Shown here: piece by piece, positions 46,658-58,505 of the stretch
Layout: every line of letters begins with the position of its first letter
Numbering within the stretch: position 1 is the stretch's first letter
NCBI RefSeq assembly: GCF_000142905.1
Contig: NW_013657675.1
Coordinates: 124,001-188,000, forward strand
Direction: 5' to 3'
From: Thecamonas trahens ATCC 50062
Taxonomy: Eukaryota > Protista > Apusomonadida
Length of the DNA stretch: 64,000 nucleotides
Translations under genes and position numbers: made by a program
The notes under the pieces: generated by a model
Told to the model about the DNA's origin: nothing
What the model saw: only the letters and a program-made list of their open reading frames with translations
Databases searched by the model: none

Positions 46658-46945
46658 CTCTCTGTCTTGTCTGAGGAGTGATGTGTGGCTGTTCTGCTCG
46701 TCGGTGGTGGCGGTGGTGGTGGTGGTTGAGGGGGGGGGGTGAGGACCGTATCGCTCTGTGGTCGTTCTGCGGAGGGACTGCGGCGGCGAATTGGCCGCAT
46801 GTCTGCTCGCTGACGCACCAGCCTCGGCTCACTCTGCTACCTCTGATGACTCCACCACTGTTTTCATTGCGCGCCGTGTGTGCGCCCACAACTTGCGACT
46901 GGCCGAGTCCAAGTTCTTGGCTCGTCCCAGACAGTGCTCGGCATC

Positions 46946-47272
46946 AGCCATCGGGCAGGGGCTGGCTATGGGCTGGCCATCGGCTATGGGCTGGCTATGG
47001 GCTGGCCATCGGCTATGGGCTGGTTATGGGCTGGCCATCGGGCAGGGGCTGGCTATCGGCCGGCTATGGGCTGGCTATGGGCTGGCCATCGGGCAGGGGC
47101 TGGCTATCGGCCGGCTCGCCATCGGCTAGGGGCCGGCTATGGGCTGGCCATCGGGCAGGGGCTGGCTATGGGCTGGCCATCGGGCAGGGGCTGGCTATGG
47201 GCTGGCCATCGGGCAGGGGCTGGCTATGGGCTGGCCATCGGCCGGCTCGCCATCGGCTAAGGAATGGCCATC
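46946..47272. repeat. Minisatellite with ~29-bp unit GGGCAGGGGCTGGCTATGGGCTGGCCATC and shuffled sub-units
   Basis: Perfect tandem copies at about 47153-47239; variant arrangements of GGCTATGGGCT, GGCCATC and GGCCGGCTCGCCATC elsewhere. Confidence 0.9.
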
Positions 47273-47399
47273 AACTGGCCGACTAATGACGGACCGACCG
47301 GCCATTGGCCGGCCAACTGCGCCGAGTCGGCCCCACCCCCCCCCCCCCACCCCTAATTTGACCGGACCATAGTTAGCCACACTCCTCACACCAAGGTTG

Positions 47400-48380
47400 A
47401 TGTCATCCCGCCCGGAGCATGTCAATCCTCCCGAGATTGTAGGTGGCGGAAGAGCGGGGCCTGTTGTGGGCGTCGGGAGCCTGTCGGGGTGCGAGACGGG
47501 CGAGGGTGGAGGGGAGGGGGGATGGATGGGTTGATTGGGACATGCGCACTCATGGGCGAGCGAGGGTGGTTGCGGGTAGTTCTACGGGGAAGACGAGGCT
47601 GCCAAGTACCGCAAGTCGTCACGGATGATTGCGGTTCAGGCGCAGATGTCGCAGAGAGCCATCGAGCTGCTGATGCTGCCCCAGGGCGAGCCGGCGCTGC
47701 TGCTGGACATCGGGGCCGGGACTGGGCTCTCGGGCTCGGAGCTGACAGAAGAGGGCCACACGTGGATCGGCGTGGACATTTCGCGGGCCATGCTGGAGCA
47801 GGCTGTCGATCGGGGCGTTGAAGGCGATCTGGCAGAGGCCGACATTGGACACGGCTTGTTCTTCCGCCCGGGCACCTTCGACGGCGCCATCTCGGTCTCT
47901 GTTCTCCAGTGGCTCTGCCATATCTACAAGAACGAGCACGTGCCCAAGCGCCGCCTCCGCAAGTTCTTCCAGAGCCTCTTCAACTGCCTCTCGCCTGGCG
48001 CCCGCGCCGTCTTCCAGTTTTACCCCGAGACACCGGCCCAGATCGAGCTCATTGTCGCCGCCGCCATGGAGTGTGGCTTCTCGGGCGGTCTCGTCGTCGA
48101 CTACCCCAACTCGAAGAAGGCCAAGAAGTACTTCCTCTGCCTCTCCGCCGGCGTCTCGGCCTACAAGCCCGAGGCACTCGGCACCGGCCCGCGCAACGCC
48201 GGCGAAGGCGTCAAATACACCGAGATGAAGCGCCGCGAGGCTCGGACCAAGAAGCGCCGCGGCATCAAGGGCACTCGCGAGTGGATCGACCGCAAGAAGA
48301 CCTCCCAGCGCAACCGCGGTCTCGAAGTTCGTCGCGACTCCAAGTACACCGGCCGTCGCCGCAGGCGTGCCTTTGGCTGA
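47400..48380 (+). CDS. BUD23: 18S rRNA m7G methyltransferase Bud23/WBSCR22; exons 47400..47438 and 47580..48380
   Basis: MSSRPEHVNPPEI|FYGEDEAAKY..SR, LLDIGAGTGLSG, FRPGTFDGAISVS.LQWLC, GF.GG.VVDYPNS.KAKK, DSKYTGR.R. Confidence 0.96.
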
Positions 48381-48622
48381 TGTGGTAAACACAAGCCCCC
48401 CAATGCTGTCATTCATGCCTTTAACCATAGTTTCCCTCGCTCCCTTCATCCGATGGCGCGCCACGTAAGCGTACCGCCCTCCCCCGAGGTGTCCCTCCTC
48501 TCTTCACCCCCTCTGCCCCCAAATCGCCACGCCGGCCGGCCACCCCACTCCGCGCGCCCCCGCCACCTCCGCCCGTCCTTCCCCCCACTCCACTCCACCC
48601 CACCCCACCCCGTACCCTCACC

Positions 48623-51015
48623 ATGGCTGCCGCAGCCATACTGTCGAAGCTGACAGAGCTGCGAAAGGTCGATAGCGTACGCCCTCCTCCCTCCCTCTCC
48701 CCTCCCCTTCTCCCCTTCCCCCCCCCCCCCCCCCCCACCTCACAAAGAGGATGGACGACGACGAGGGGGTGTAGGTCTCGAAGCGATGCCAGGTGATGGG
48801 CAAAATGATCAAGGACTCCCTGGAGGGTCCCGAGGGACAGACTGCGCTGTTCAACTGCTTGCCGCAGCTGCTGGGCGATATCTTTGGCCTAGAGTCGCGT
48901 GGAGCCCAGTCGGCGTCGCTCTCGTGGGTCGCATCGTGCAAGAACGACCGCGATGTCCGCGCTCTTGTCGCCTTTCTCTCGCCGGACACGCCCCTCTTCT
49001 CTACCATCCTGTGGGCTTCGATCTCGCGGGCGTACAACGCGGTCTCTGAGATGATTTTCCCCATCCAGTACCTGCCCGAGGCGTCGCGGGTGCTGCTGAC
49101 CTCGCGCGATCGGTCTGTCCGCCTCCCGCCGCTCTACCGCGACCGCAAGATCACTCACGACAGGACCGCCATCGAGATCTCGGTGCTAGAGTACTTTTTC
49201 TTTTGCTTTGCCTACTTTGCCACGTCGTCGTCGACCTCGTTTGTCTCGTCGGCGACGCCGATCAGCTTTATGGGCATTTCCACCAAGCACAAGTCGGCAG
49301 CAAAGACGCGGCGCGACGTCTTCCGCTCGCTCTCCAAAGTCTACATCCGCTCGTTCATCCAAGTGGCACGGCCTTCCGGCACCACGCCGCCGTTTGCGCT
49401 CGACGCCTTTGTCGCCAAGGTCCTCCACGGCGCGGCCGGTCCAGTCTCGGCGTCGTCGGTGGCAGCGTCGGGCCTCGGGCTCAGCGGCACGGGCGACAAG
49501 GAGGTCCAGGCTGTTGTCCGCAAGATCTCCGAAACGACGCTGCTCATCTTCAATGACTTTTGGCTCTGCCGCAACCGGTATGAGAGCGGACGCAAGCCGC
49601 TCAACTACACTATTCCGTCGTTCGAGTCGGCCCTCTCGCTCAAGGTCCTTGTCGAGCATCTGGCCGGCGACCTCGACCTTGCCGCCGCACTGCAGCTCGG
49701 CACCGAGGCCGGGCTTGGAAGCATTGCCGCCAGACGCAGTATGATTGGCTCGCCGTCGGCCTCGGCCTCGTTCTCGGCCTCTTCGTCGCCGTTTCGGTCC
49801 AGCTCATCGTTTGTCGGCTACCGCCCGGCCACTCCGCCGCTGTTTGTCATCCAGCCGCCTCTGTACCGGTTCCTCCGACACGGGTTTGCCATCGAGACCT
49901 CGACCGGGGCCTCGTTGCGCAACTTTGTCGACATCTGGCTGGTCTACATCCAGCCGTGGCGCCGGCACAAGTCCGGCGAGCTTGCGGATCTTACGACCTG
50001 GCGCCCGTACGTCGGCAACAGCCTCCTGTTCTACGTCACGCTCTTCCGCGCCGCCCTTGAGCGACTTGTTGGCTCGTCGTTCTCTTCGATTTCCAAGTCG
50101 AGCAGTGAGCCGCGCAACATCCTCGCGGCGCTCCTCGCTCCGTTTGCGCCAGATGCGTCCGGCGTCTCACCGCTCGGCCAGATCGTAGCCTCGCTCGAGC
50201 AGTCCGCCGCCTCGGACAACTACATCCGCTCGCACATCCACCTTGTCGAGGGCGGGCCTGTCCGGCCGCCGGCCGTCTTTATTCGGTCGCGATCGATGAA
50301 GGTCGTGGTGGCGCAACTCATCTTTGCCGTCCGCGCCGCCCGCCACGAGCTCACGGGCCACGCGCCGCAGGCCTCGCCCGCGGCCTCGTCGTTTGGCAGC
50401 AGCGTCTTGGTTCGGTTCGGCGGGCACAGTGGAAAGTCCAATCCTGCGGCGCAGACGCCGAGCTCGGTCGCTACCGATCTGGCTGGCCTCGAGGCGGCGC
50501 TCTTTGCCATCTTTGCCGTCCACGACCTCGACGACCTGCGCGAGACCGAGTTGTCTGTGAGCCGCGGCGCCGCCGTCGCCACTGACGCCATCCACGAGTC
50601 CGACAACTCGCTGCGGCTGACCCGTGCCGGGCGGCAACAGGTCCGCTCCGGCGCGATCAAGTGCTCCTCGCTCGACGACGTGCCGGTTCTGGGTGACCCG
50701 GACCTTGTGCGCATCACATCGACTGAGTTTGGATTCCTCGTCCGCGCAACCTTTGCCGCTGCTGCCGCGCTCAACGCGCACTTTGGTCTTCCGGCGCCGG
50801 CCGACTCTGTGCCGCTGGTGGCACGGGTCGGCCTCGCCATCGACGCTGCCGGCGACACGCTCTTTAGCGTCCACGGCGACACGGCATCACTTGCGGCCGC
50901 GCCGTCGCCCAACCGCAAGTTCCGCCTCCGCTGGCTTGCGGCCAAGCCGACGTGGGCCACCTTTGCCGTGCTCGCGTTCTTGGTTTACATTGTCAAGCGG
51001 GTCTTGTTTGGCTGA
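48623..51015 (+). CDS. SMPD4: Sphingomyelin phosphodiesterase 4-like; exons 48623..48676 and 48775..51015
   Basis: EYFFF.FA, LY.FL..F, WL.YIQPWR, LT.AGR.QV..G..KCS..DV..GDP....I.S.E..FLVR, C-terminal TM. GTACGC..TAG intron in frame. Confidence 0.8.
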
Positions 51016-51026
51016 GCCGGCAACGC

Positions 51027-52055
51027 TCATACCTTGGCGAGCTTGCGCTGGTACCGCGGGAGGCTCGCCCGGCGCTCCTCCATCGAGAGCGACTCGTCTG
51101 CGTAAAGAAGAACAACCTTGGAGCTGCTTGCGCTTGTCCGCGATGGCGGTGCGGGCGCGGGAGCGGGAGCGAGCGCGGGCGCGGGCGTGNNNNNNNNNNN
51201 NNNNNNNNNNNNNNNNNNNNNNNNNNNNNNNNNNNNNNNNNNNNNNNNNNNNNNNNNNNNNNNNNNNNNNNNNNNNNNNNNNNNNNNNNNNNNNNNNNNN
51301 NNNNNNNNNNNNNNNNNNNNNNNNNNNNNNNNNNNNNNNNNNNNNNNNNNNNNNNNNNNNNNNNNNNNNNNNNNNNNNNNNNNNNNNNNNNNNNNNNNNN
51401 NNNNNNNNNNNNNNNNNNNNNNNNNNNNNNNNNNNNNNNNNNNNNNNNNNNNNNNNNNNNNNNNNNNNNNNNNNNNNNNNNNNNNNNNNNNNNNNNNNNN
51501 NNNNNNNNNNNNNNNNNNNNNNNNNNNNNNNNNNNNNNNNNNNNNNNNNNNNNNNNNNNNNNNNNNNNNNNNNNNNNNNNNNNNNNNNNNNNNNNNNNNN
51601 NNNNNNNNNNNNTCAGCGGCGCGGTGCTGACTGCTGCGGGCCGAGCTGACCTGGGTCGGGGGCCGAGTAGCGGGTGCTGCGGCGGGCGCCGACGATGACT
51701 GTTGCATCTGTTCGAGAACGCGCTTCTGATCCTCGAGTAGCTGCTCCTTAGACGGGTCACTAACCGCGGGGCCGGGCGCCGGTTGCGCTGGCCCAGCCGA
51801 GCGCGATGTAGATGTCGCCTTTTGCGGGTGACCGTTTGCGCGGCCCTGACGTGGCAAGCCGGGATGCTGCTGCTGCTGTTGCATCCGCTGCTGCTGCATC
51901 CGCTGCTGCTGCGGCTGACGCTGCGGCTGACGCTGCGGCTGCGGTTGCTGCTGCATCCGCTGCAACACCCGCTGCTGCTGCTGAAGAGCCAGCTGCTGCG
52001 GGGTTGACTGGTGCTGGCGATGCTGGGGATGCGGTTGCACATGCGACGGGTGGCG

Positions 52056-52097
<42 letters not shown>

Positions 52098-53869
52098 ATG
52101 CTGCTGCATGGGCTGCCGATGATGCTGCTGCTGCACGGGCTGCTGCTGCGGGACATGGGGCGCCGGATGCGCCATGTGAGGCCCGCCGGGAGCCTGCGGC
52201 TGCTGCGGCTGAAACATGTGCGGCTGTGGCTGCTGCTGTTGCTGAGCATACATCACCGGGTGCTGCATGTGCGGTGGCGGATGCATGTGCGGCGGCGCGT
52301 ATGGCATGCCCACTCCCATGAATGAAGCCGGCCCGCCCACGGCCATGTAAGGAGCCGGCCCGCCCGCGGCCATGTACGGAGCCGGCCCGCCCGCCGCCGG
52401 GAACGGAGCAGGCATGATGCTACCCGCCATCGGAGCCGATGCCGACGTCTTGGCTCGCTTGCTCGCCTGCGTCTCCTCCCACTCTTCCTCGGTGTACACT
52501 GTACGTCGCCCGAACGTGAGTTGGTTCGCTACCCTCGCCCACCGCTTCCCCTCCCTCTCTCGCATCACCTCAACCTACGCTCGGGATGGTAGCCATCATA
52601 CGCCAGCGGAATGCCTGACATGCCGTAGACCTGTGACGAGACGTCGTCGCGTGAGGCCTTGGCGCCCGGCACATGCTCGAGCGGCTTGGAGTGGATCTCC
52701 GCCATGTGGATCGAGAGCGGCTTGATGGCGGCAAACGACTTGGATCGGCACACAAGGCACTTGAAGTGCTTCCTCTTCTGATGATCCACCAGCACCCTCT
52801 CATCGATGAACACCCGGTCACAGAACCTGATCCCGTCCAGCGCCCGTCCCGCCCCAGCGCCCCGCCCCCCGCCCCCCCCCCGTCCGCATATCGCCGCCGT
52901 CACCATGCTGTGAGTCCCCCCTCCCCTCCCCCCCCCTCCCCCCATCCGACCACCTCTCCTGAAGCCTGTCCCCGCTCAGCTTACCCCCGTCCCCTTCTCC
53001 GCCCACCTCCCCGCCCACGTCGCTGCCCAGCTCATTGCCCCCATCCCCTCCCCTCCCTCCCTCCCACCCCACCCCACCCTATTCCTTACCAGCAGTACGG
53101 GNNNNNNNNNNNNNNNNNNNNNNNNNNNNNNNNNNNNNNNNNNNNNNNNNNNNNNNNNNNNNNNNNNNNNNNNNNNNNNNNNNNNNNNNNNNNNNNNNNN
53201 NNNNNNNNNNNNNNNNNNNNNNNNNNNNNNNNNNNNNNNNNNNNNNNNNNNNNNNNNNNNNNNNNNNNNNNNNNNNNNNNNNNNNNNNNNNNNNNNNNNN
53301 NNNNNNNNNNNNNNNNNNNNNNNNNNNNNNNNNNNNNNNNNNNNNNNNNNNNNNNNNNNNNNNNNNNNNNNNNNNNNNNNNNNNNNNNNNNNNNNNNNNN
53401 NNNNNNNNNNNNNNNNNNNNNNNNNNNNNNNNNNNNNNNNNNNNNNNNNNNNNNNNNNNNNNNNNNNNNNNNNNNNNNNNNNNNNNNNNNNNNNNNNNNN
53501 NNNNNNNNNNNNNNNNNNNNNNNNNNNNNNNNNNNNNNNNNNNNNNNNNNNNNNNNNNNNNNNNNNNNNNNNNNNNNNNNNNNNNNNNNNNNNNNNNNNN
53601 NNNNNNNNNNNNNNNNNNNNNNNNNNNNNNNNNNNNNNNNNNNNNNNNNNNNNNNNNNNNNNNNNNNNNNNNNNNNNNNNNNNNNNNNNNNNNNNNNNNN
53701 NNNNNNNNNNNNNNNNNNNNNNNNNNNNNNNNNNNNNNNNNNNNNNNNNNNNNNNNNNNNNNNNNNNNNNNNNNNNNNNNNNNNNNNNNNNNNNNNNNCC
53801 CCCACCCACCCCACCCTATTCCTTACCAGCAGTACGGGTCACCCCCCGCTTGCGCTTCTTCCTGCCCAT
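51027..53869 (-). CDS. ZNF207: ZNF207/BuGZ C2H2 zinc-finger protein; spans two gaps and two introns
   Basis: MGRKKRKR..DPYCW|FCDRVF.DE.VL..HQK.KHFKC..C, VPGA, VYGM.GIP, Q/P-rich middle, SMEERRA.LPRY. Intron 52578..52499; intron 1 has a GTAAGG donor and acceptor ending at 52827. Exon 1 needs one extra G in a G6 run. Confidence 0.88.
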
Positions 53870-53984
53870 GCCCAGTCCGTCCGTCCGTCCCTCGGTCCGT
53901 ACGCCCGTCCACCCGGCCGAGTGAGGTACTCCCCTCTCACCCTTGCCCGCTCCCCTTCCCCCCCTCCTCCCACCCCACTCGCAC

Positions 53985-54494
53985 ATGGACCCATACGCCG
54001 CACTCAGCGAGTGGCTGCCGGGCCTCAAGCAGGACTCAGAGTGGTCAGCAGAAGAGTTGCGCGCCGCCTATCGAGCCGCCCTCCTCGCTTTGCACCCGGA
54101 CAAGCAGGCTGGGCGGTCAGGAGCTCTCGCAGAGGATGCCGACGATAAGGCTCACCGCCAGGAAAGGTGGGAGGCTGTGCAAGCCGCATGGGCTGTCCTG
54201 GGCTCGCCGTCTGCCCGTGCCGCCCACGATGCTGCCACAGAGGCTGGTGTCCGGGAGATGGCCGCTTTGGCAAGGCTGTCGGACGAGATCAACGTGGCGG
54301 ACATGGCCTTTGAGGTCCGCGACGCGGGCGCCGATCTGCTGTACTCGGCGGATTGCCGGTGCGGCGGCGCATACACTGTCTTGCAGTCGGTGCTCGACGA
54401 TGCGCCTCTCGCCCTCGTCCGCTGCTCCTCCTGCTCGCTCACCGTCCGTATTCGCGACGACGGCTCCGGCGACGATGACTCGTCGCAGACGTAA
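53985..54494 (+). CDS. DPH4: Diphthamide biosynthesis J-protein Dph4/DNAJC24
   Basis: J-domain with LHPDK, then CSL zinc finger CRCGG.Y...CSSCSL. Confidence 0.9.
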   Translation: MDPYAALSEWLPGLKQDSEWSAEELRAAYRAALLALHPDKQAGRSGALAEDADDKAHRQERWEAVQAAWAVLGSPSARAAHDAATEAGVREMAALARLSDEINVADMAFEVRDAGADLLYSADCRCGGAYTVLQSVLDDAPLALVRCSSCSLTVRIRDDGSGDDDSSQT

Positions 54495-54541
54495 CTCACC
54501 CCTGCCTACACGCCTTTTACTAGCAACAACGCCGGTCACGG

Positions 54542-55579
54542 TCACGATGCAAAGCCGAGGATGAGCTCGTTGACGCGGTCGGCGGCATCGACTTGGACCC
54601 AGTGCGAGGCACCGTCGATGAGCTCGATGCGGACGTCCTTGACGTAGCGCTCGATGCCGGCGAGGAGCTGGGTCCCGAGCGCCTTGTCCTCGGTGCCCCA
54701 GATGATGAGGACCGGGATCTGCAGCGGAGCGCGCAGCGCCTCGCGCAGCCGCGGCGACGGCACCGCCAGAATCTGGCGGTAGTAGTTGATCATCGACTCG
54801 AGCGCGCCTGGGTGCGAGACTGCGTAGCGGTAGGCATCGAGGTGCGCGTCGTTGAGCTCGTCGCGCTTCTGGTAGCCCATGGTCCGCGAGGTGAACGCGC
54901 CCGTCACACCCTTGTAGTTGCGCTGACTCAACAGCAGCTCTGGCAAGTACGGGAGCTGGAAGAACCCAATGTACCAGCTCATCTTGATCTGTGCCCAGTC
55001 AGCATTGACGACAAAGCTACGCGGGTGCGGTGCGTTGAGAATGACGAGCCGATCGATGAGCTCCGGATGCGCATAGGCAAAGAACCAGGCGACGACGCCG
55101 CCCCAGTCGTGCGCAACAAGGACAACCTTCCGCCCGGCCAGCTCTTCTTCGATAAAAGTGGCCACGTCGCTCACCAGCGCATCGATCCCATACGCCGAAA
55201 CGTCCGTCGGCTTGACCGACAGGTTGTACCCGCGCATGTCCACCGCCACCGTCTGGTACTGCTCCTTCAGCGCCACAATCTGCTTCCGCCACCCAAACCA
55301 GAACTCGGGGAAGCCGTGGAGCATCAGCGCCACCGGCGCATCGTCATCGCCGGCCTTGACGTAGTGCAGCCCGCGCCGCGACGTCACGTGCTCGCCGTAC
55401 ACCGGATCGTCCAGCTCGGCAGGCCGCGCCCGGTTGCTTGTTCCTTCGTGAACCGCTCCGCCGCCACCCAGGCCCAGCACCTTGCGGAGTGCGTGTTCCA
55501 CCCGCCGCGGCGCATGGAGCACAAACAGCGCGAGCCAGAGCCAAAGCCGGACCACAAGCTTGACAATCCGCTTCATCAT
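54542..55579 (-). CDS. Epoxide hydrolase (EPHX3/4-like alpha/beta hydrolase)
   Basis: LHGFPEFW..WR.Q, DMRGYN.S, AHDWGG, SWY..FFQLP, NYYR, WG.ED, ASHWV. N-terminal membrane anchor. Confidence 0.92.
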   Translation of the reverse strand: MMKRIVKLVVRLWLWLALFVLHAPRRVEHALRKVLGLGGGGAVHEGTSNRARPAELDDPVYGEHVTSRRGLHYVKAGDDDAPVALMLHGFPEFWFGWRKQIVALKEQYQTVAVDMRGYNLSVKPTDVSAYGIDALVSDVATFIEEELAGRKVVLVAHDWGGVVAWFFAYAHPELIDRLVILNAPHPRSFVVNADWAQIKMSWYIGFFQLPYLPELLLSQRNYKGVTGAFTSRTMGYQKRDELNDAHLDAYRYAVSHPGALESMINYYRQILAVPSPRLREALRAPLQIPVLIIWGTEDKALGTQLLAGIERYVKDVRIELIDGASHWVQVDAADRVNELILGFAS

Positions 55580-55788
55580 TCTCTCGTTCTCAAACGCTTT
55601 GCGTGGAGTGTCGCTCGCTCTCCCTCATGCTGCCGCCCGCACCTTCTCCTGCCGCCGCTCCTTCCCCGCACCGACGGCTGTCCCGACCCCATCTGCGCTC
55701 CTGGCGCGCCATCGGCTACCACCTCCATCGGCATGCCGGCCATACGTCTCGTGTACATTCCCCGGAATCTCCCCAATCTGGCTCGTCA

Positions 55789-58262
55789 TCACGCGTCAAA
55801 GACGTCGAGGGTGTCGCTGGGCGTAAACGGCGCACGACACATCGGACACCTGGACACCTCCACCGCGCATGCCGTGCACATTGCCTTGTGCCGGCAGGGG
55901 AGCAGGACAACTGTGTGCGGCTTGTCGAGGCAAATCACGCAAATGTGGTCGGTATTCGAGCCACTATCGCTGTTTGCGTCGGTCGCAATGGCCATCGGCA
56001 CTGCGGCGAGGCTCTGGGCCGACTCGTGCATCGGAGCGAGCTCGTTGTGCACATCAAACTCGATGCCGGCCTCGTTGGCGTGCTCGACCATGATCCACGC
56101 ATACTTGCTCCAACGATGCGGAGCGATGCGTTCGCTTGCTCTCAGTGCGACGCGCGCGCCGTTGGCGACCTTGAAGAACGTCCATCCGGAAAAGTCGGCG
56201 TCGCTGAGCCCGAACCGAAGCTTGATCCGCTCGGCGAGCTCGCTCATCCGCTCGCCATCGCCGATGACGACAACAAACGGCATGCCAAACGTGGTGGTCG
56301 AGCCTGCAATGGCATGGACAAAGACTAGCGGCCGCGCCGGTGGCGCTGGGTAGAACTCGCCTTCAGGCACCGGCTCCACAATGATCTTGGCCTGCCGGGA
56401 GAGAAGGGCGAGCGGGTCTGACGGGTGGAGGACGCGCGCGATCTTGCGCCCGACGTCGAGCTCAACGAGCCGGAGCTCGCGATCAAAGCCAACCGGGGCC
56501 ATGTCGCGTGCCGCGAGCGTTGCTCGAACCTCACTAATGACGCACGCAACCTGCGACGAGCTGTCGACATCGACGTCCAGCGAGGCCTCGCAGCTCGCGT
56601 CGAGACGCATCACCTCGACTCTGACGCTGCGATGGAATGCAGCTGGCGAGACCGGTGTCGTGGAGATGGCGTACCGCAGCGTAGCGATGGACTTGCCACC
56701 TGACACCGTCTCCAGGACCATCTCACTGGCAAGTCGCGTTCCTCCGTCGGCCTTGAACAGGACAATGCACTCGGGCGCGACGCCGAGGTGTGCGCCGAGG
56801 CAGGCTGCGGCGTCGGCGATGCATGTCCGCATGTGGAACCGGAGAGTAGCCTGTACCCCGATCTCACCACTTTCCATCGGAGCAAAAGTAGTGACCATGA
56901 TTGACGCCATGAAACGGGCGTACTCGACCGCCGACGGCCGCGCGACCGTGGGAGGCACGTCGGCAAGTTGGTACACGACGACCGCGCCAGACTCGAGGCC
57001 GGCCGTCGCCATCGTCGACAGCGACTCGATACTCGTCAGTGACTCCGGGCCCAGCTCCTTCCAGCCCTTGAGTTGCGCATGGGCAGGAAGGCCCTCGACG
57101 TCGCGGACCTTGGCCTCGAGCTCGGCCACGCTGCTCGTGCGCTTCGCCACAACGTGGCCGCAGTACCGCATCTCTTCGCGCTCGGGATCGTAGAACTTGA
57201 GATAGAGGACGGCATGAGTATCAGGCAGCGTGGCCGGCTCACTCACATCGCCAAACTCGAGGTAAATGTCCAGTTTGGTCCCGTACCGTAGCCGAGAGTC
57301 GAGCATGGTAGCGGTGACCTGGCGCATGGGACGGATCGTCCCATGCGCGCCCATGCACCACTCCCAGATGCGGACCGGCGGCGCCTCGAGGCCCAAGTCG
57401 TGGACCAACATGTCAATGAGGGCCTGAACGGTCTTGATCGGCTTGCGCGCCTGCAGCTGGATAGCTGTCGGGAGGTTGCACAGGCCGGGACCGACATGTG
57501 CAAAGAGGTCATGGTCGGTCACGACCGTGAACCGCTGCGGCGGCAGCGGCAGCCGCACGCTCCGCACAGGATCTCGGACCACACCTCCACGCGTGCCCAG
57601 GCGCTCGCGCGACTTGATTGCCGCCGAAAGCTCGCCGGGCTTTTCGTGAAGGAAAGCCTCGAGGATGAGCGTCCCGTTGAGGAGGACCTTTTCCAGCTTC
57701 TCGCGCGGGAGGAACTTGTTGAAGCCCCAGTCGCCCGAGTCCTTGACGTATGTGTGCGAGAAGCCTCGCTGGACCCGGTGGACCGGGTGCCTGACGCTGA
57801 TCTTGACGTCAAGGCTTACCATCCAGTCGTTCGGAAGCGATTGATCCTCGACGCTCTCAAGAAAGACCGCCACGTAGTTCTCGCACGTGTTGCCGTGCGG
57901 GTAGCAGACGAGCCGAAAAATTCGGTTCTTGATCGGCACAATGTGCGAAAACACCTTGGTCCGCGGCATCCGGCTAAAGTTGACTAGATCCCAGGTGATC
58001 GAAGGTTGTTCATCATCTGTGTATGAGCAGAGGCGGCCAGCATTCCTCTCGACGGCGTTAGTGGTAGCGCGAAAAACGTGCATTTTGCCAAAATTGCACA
58101 ATGCAGTTTTGTGACATCCGCCAGCGAAACCGTCACATGGCCAAAGAGAGAGGCACACTCCATCTGGCGCCAACGCTCGCCCTCCCTTTCACCCCCACCC
58201 TCTCCCTTTCTACCCGCTCCTCTATCTCATTGCCACATATGCGTACGTGGTGTAGCTGCCAT
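55789..58262 (-). CDS. MATH + USP7-type UBL repeats + C-terminal RING protein with no USP catalytic domain; exons 58262..58247 and 58016..55789
   Basis: MATH (YPHGN..VAVFL..DWGFNKF), LYLKFYDP....RYCGH, FGMPF..I..GE......RI, RING CVIC..VVLLPCRH..MC..C..CPMCR. Predicted GTACGC..CACTAAC..CAG intron at 58246..58017. Confidence 0.8.
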
Positions 58263-58505
58263 GCCGTAAGGGGTCTGTATGCGATGGATGCTTCGGAAAG
58301 TGTGAGAGTACCCCGTTCTTCCAACAACGGTTGCCAGGGTACACTCGGAGCTTGGCAAGACAAGTACGTGATTGGGTCTCTTCAAGCCTCCAAGCCTAAA
58401 CCGAAACTGCCAACGGCTAGAACACAGCAGTGTGGCATCAAAGTGTCGGTTCGACTTTACGTCGACGGCACTCTACGTAGAACATGGGGCCAGGGACAAT
58501 CGTGT

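Noticed and set aside
46946-47272. CRISPR array or GLAMGWP-repeat protein
   Set aside because: There are no unique spacers or cas genes, the context is eukaryotic, and the ORFs are simply translations of the repeat.
21399-55579. Lipid-metabolism gene cluster (PLB1, GPD1, Mpo1, SMPD4, EPHX)
   Set aside because: The genes are scattered among unrelated housekeeping genes and do not form one pathway.
58080-58173. CCCH-like motif at the N-terminus of the MATH-RING ORF
   Set aside because: The spacing is wrong, the ORF starts at TTG, and the region lies inside a predicted intron with a branch point.
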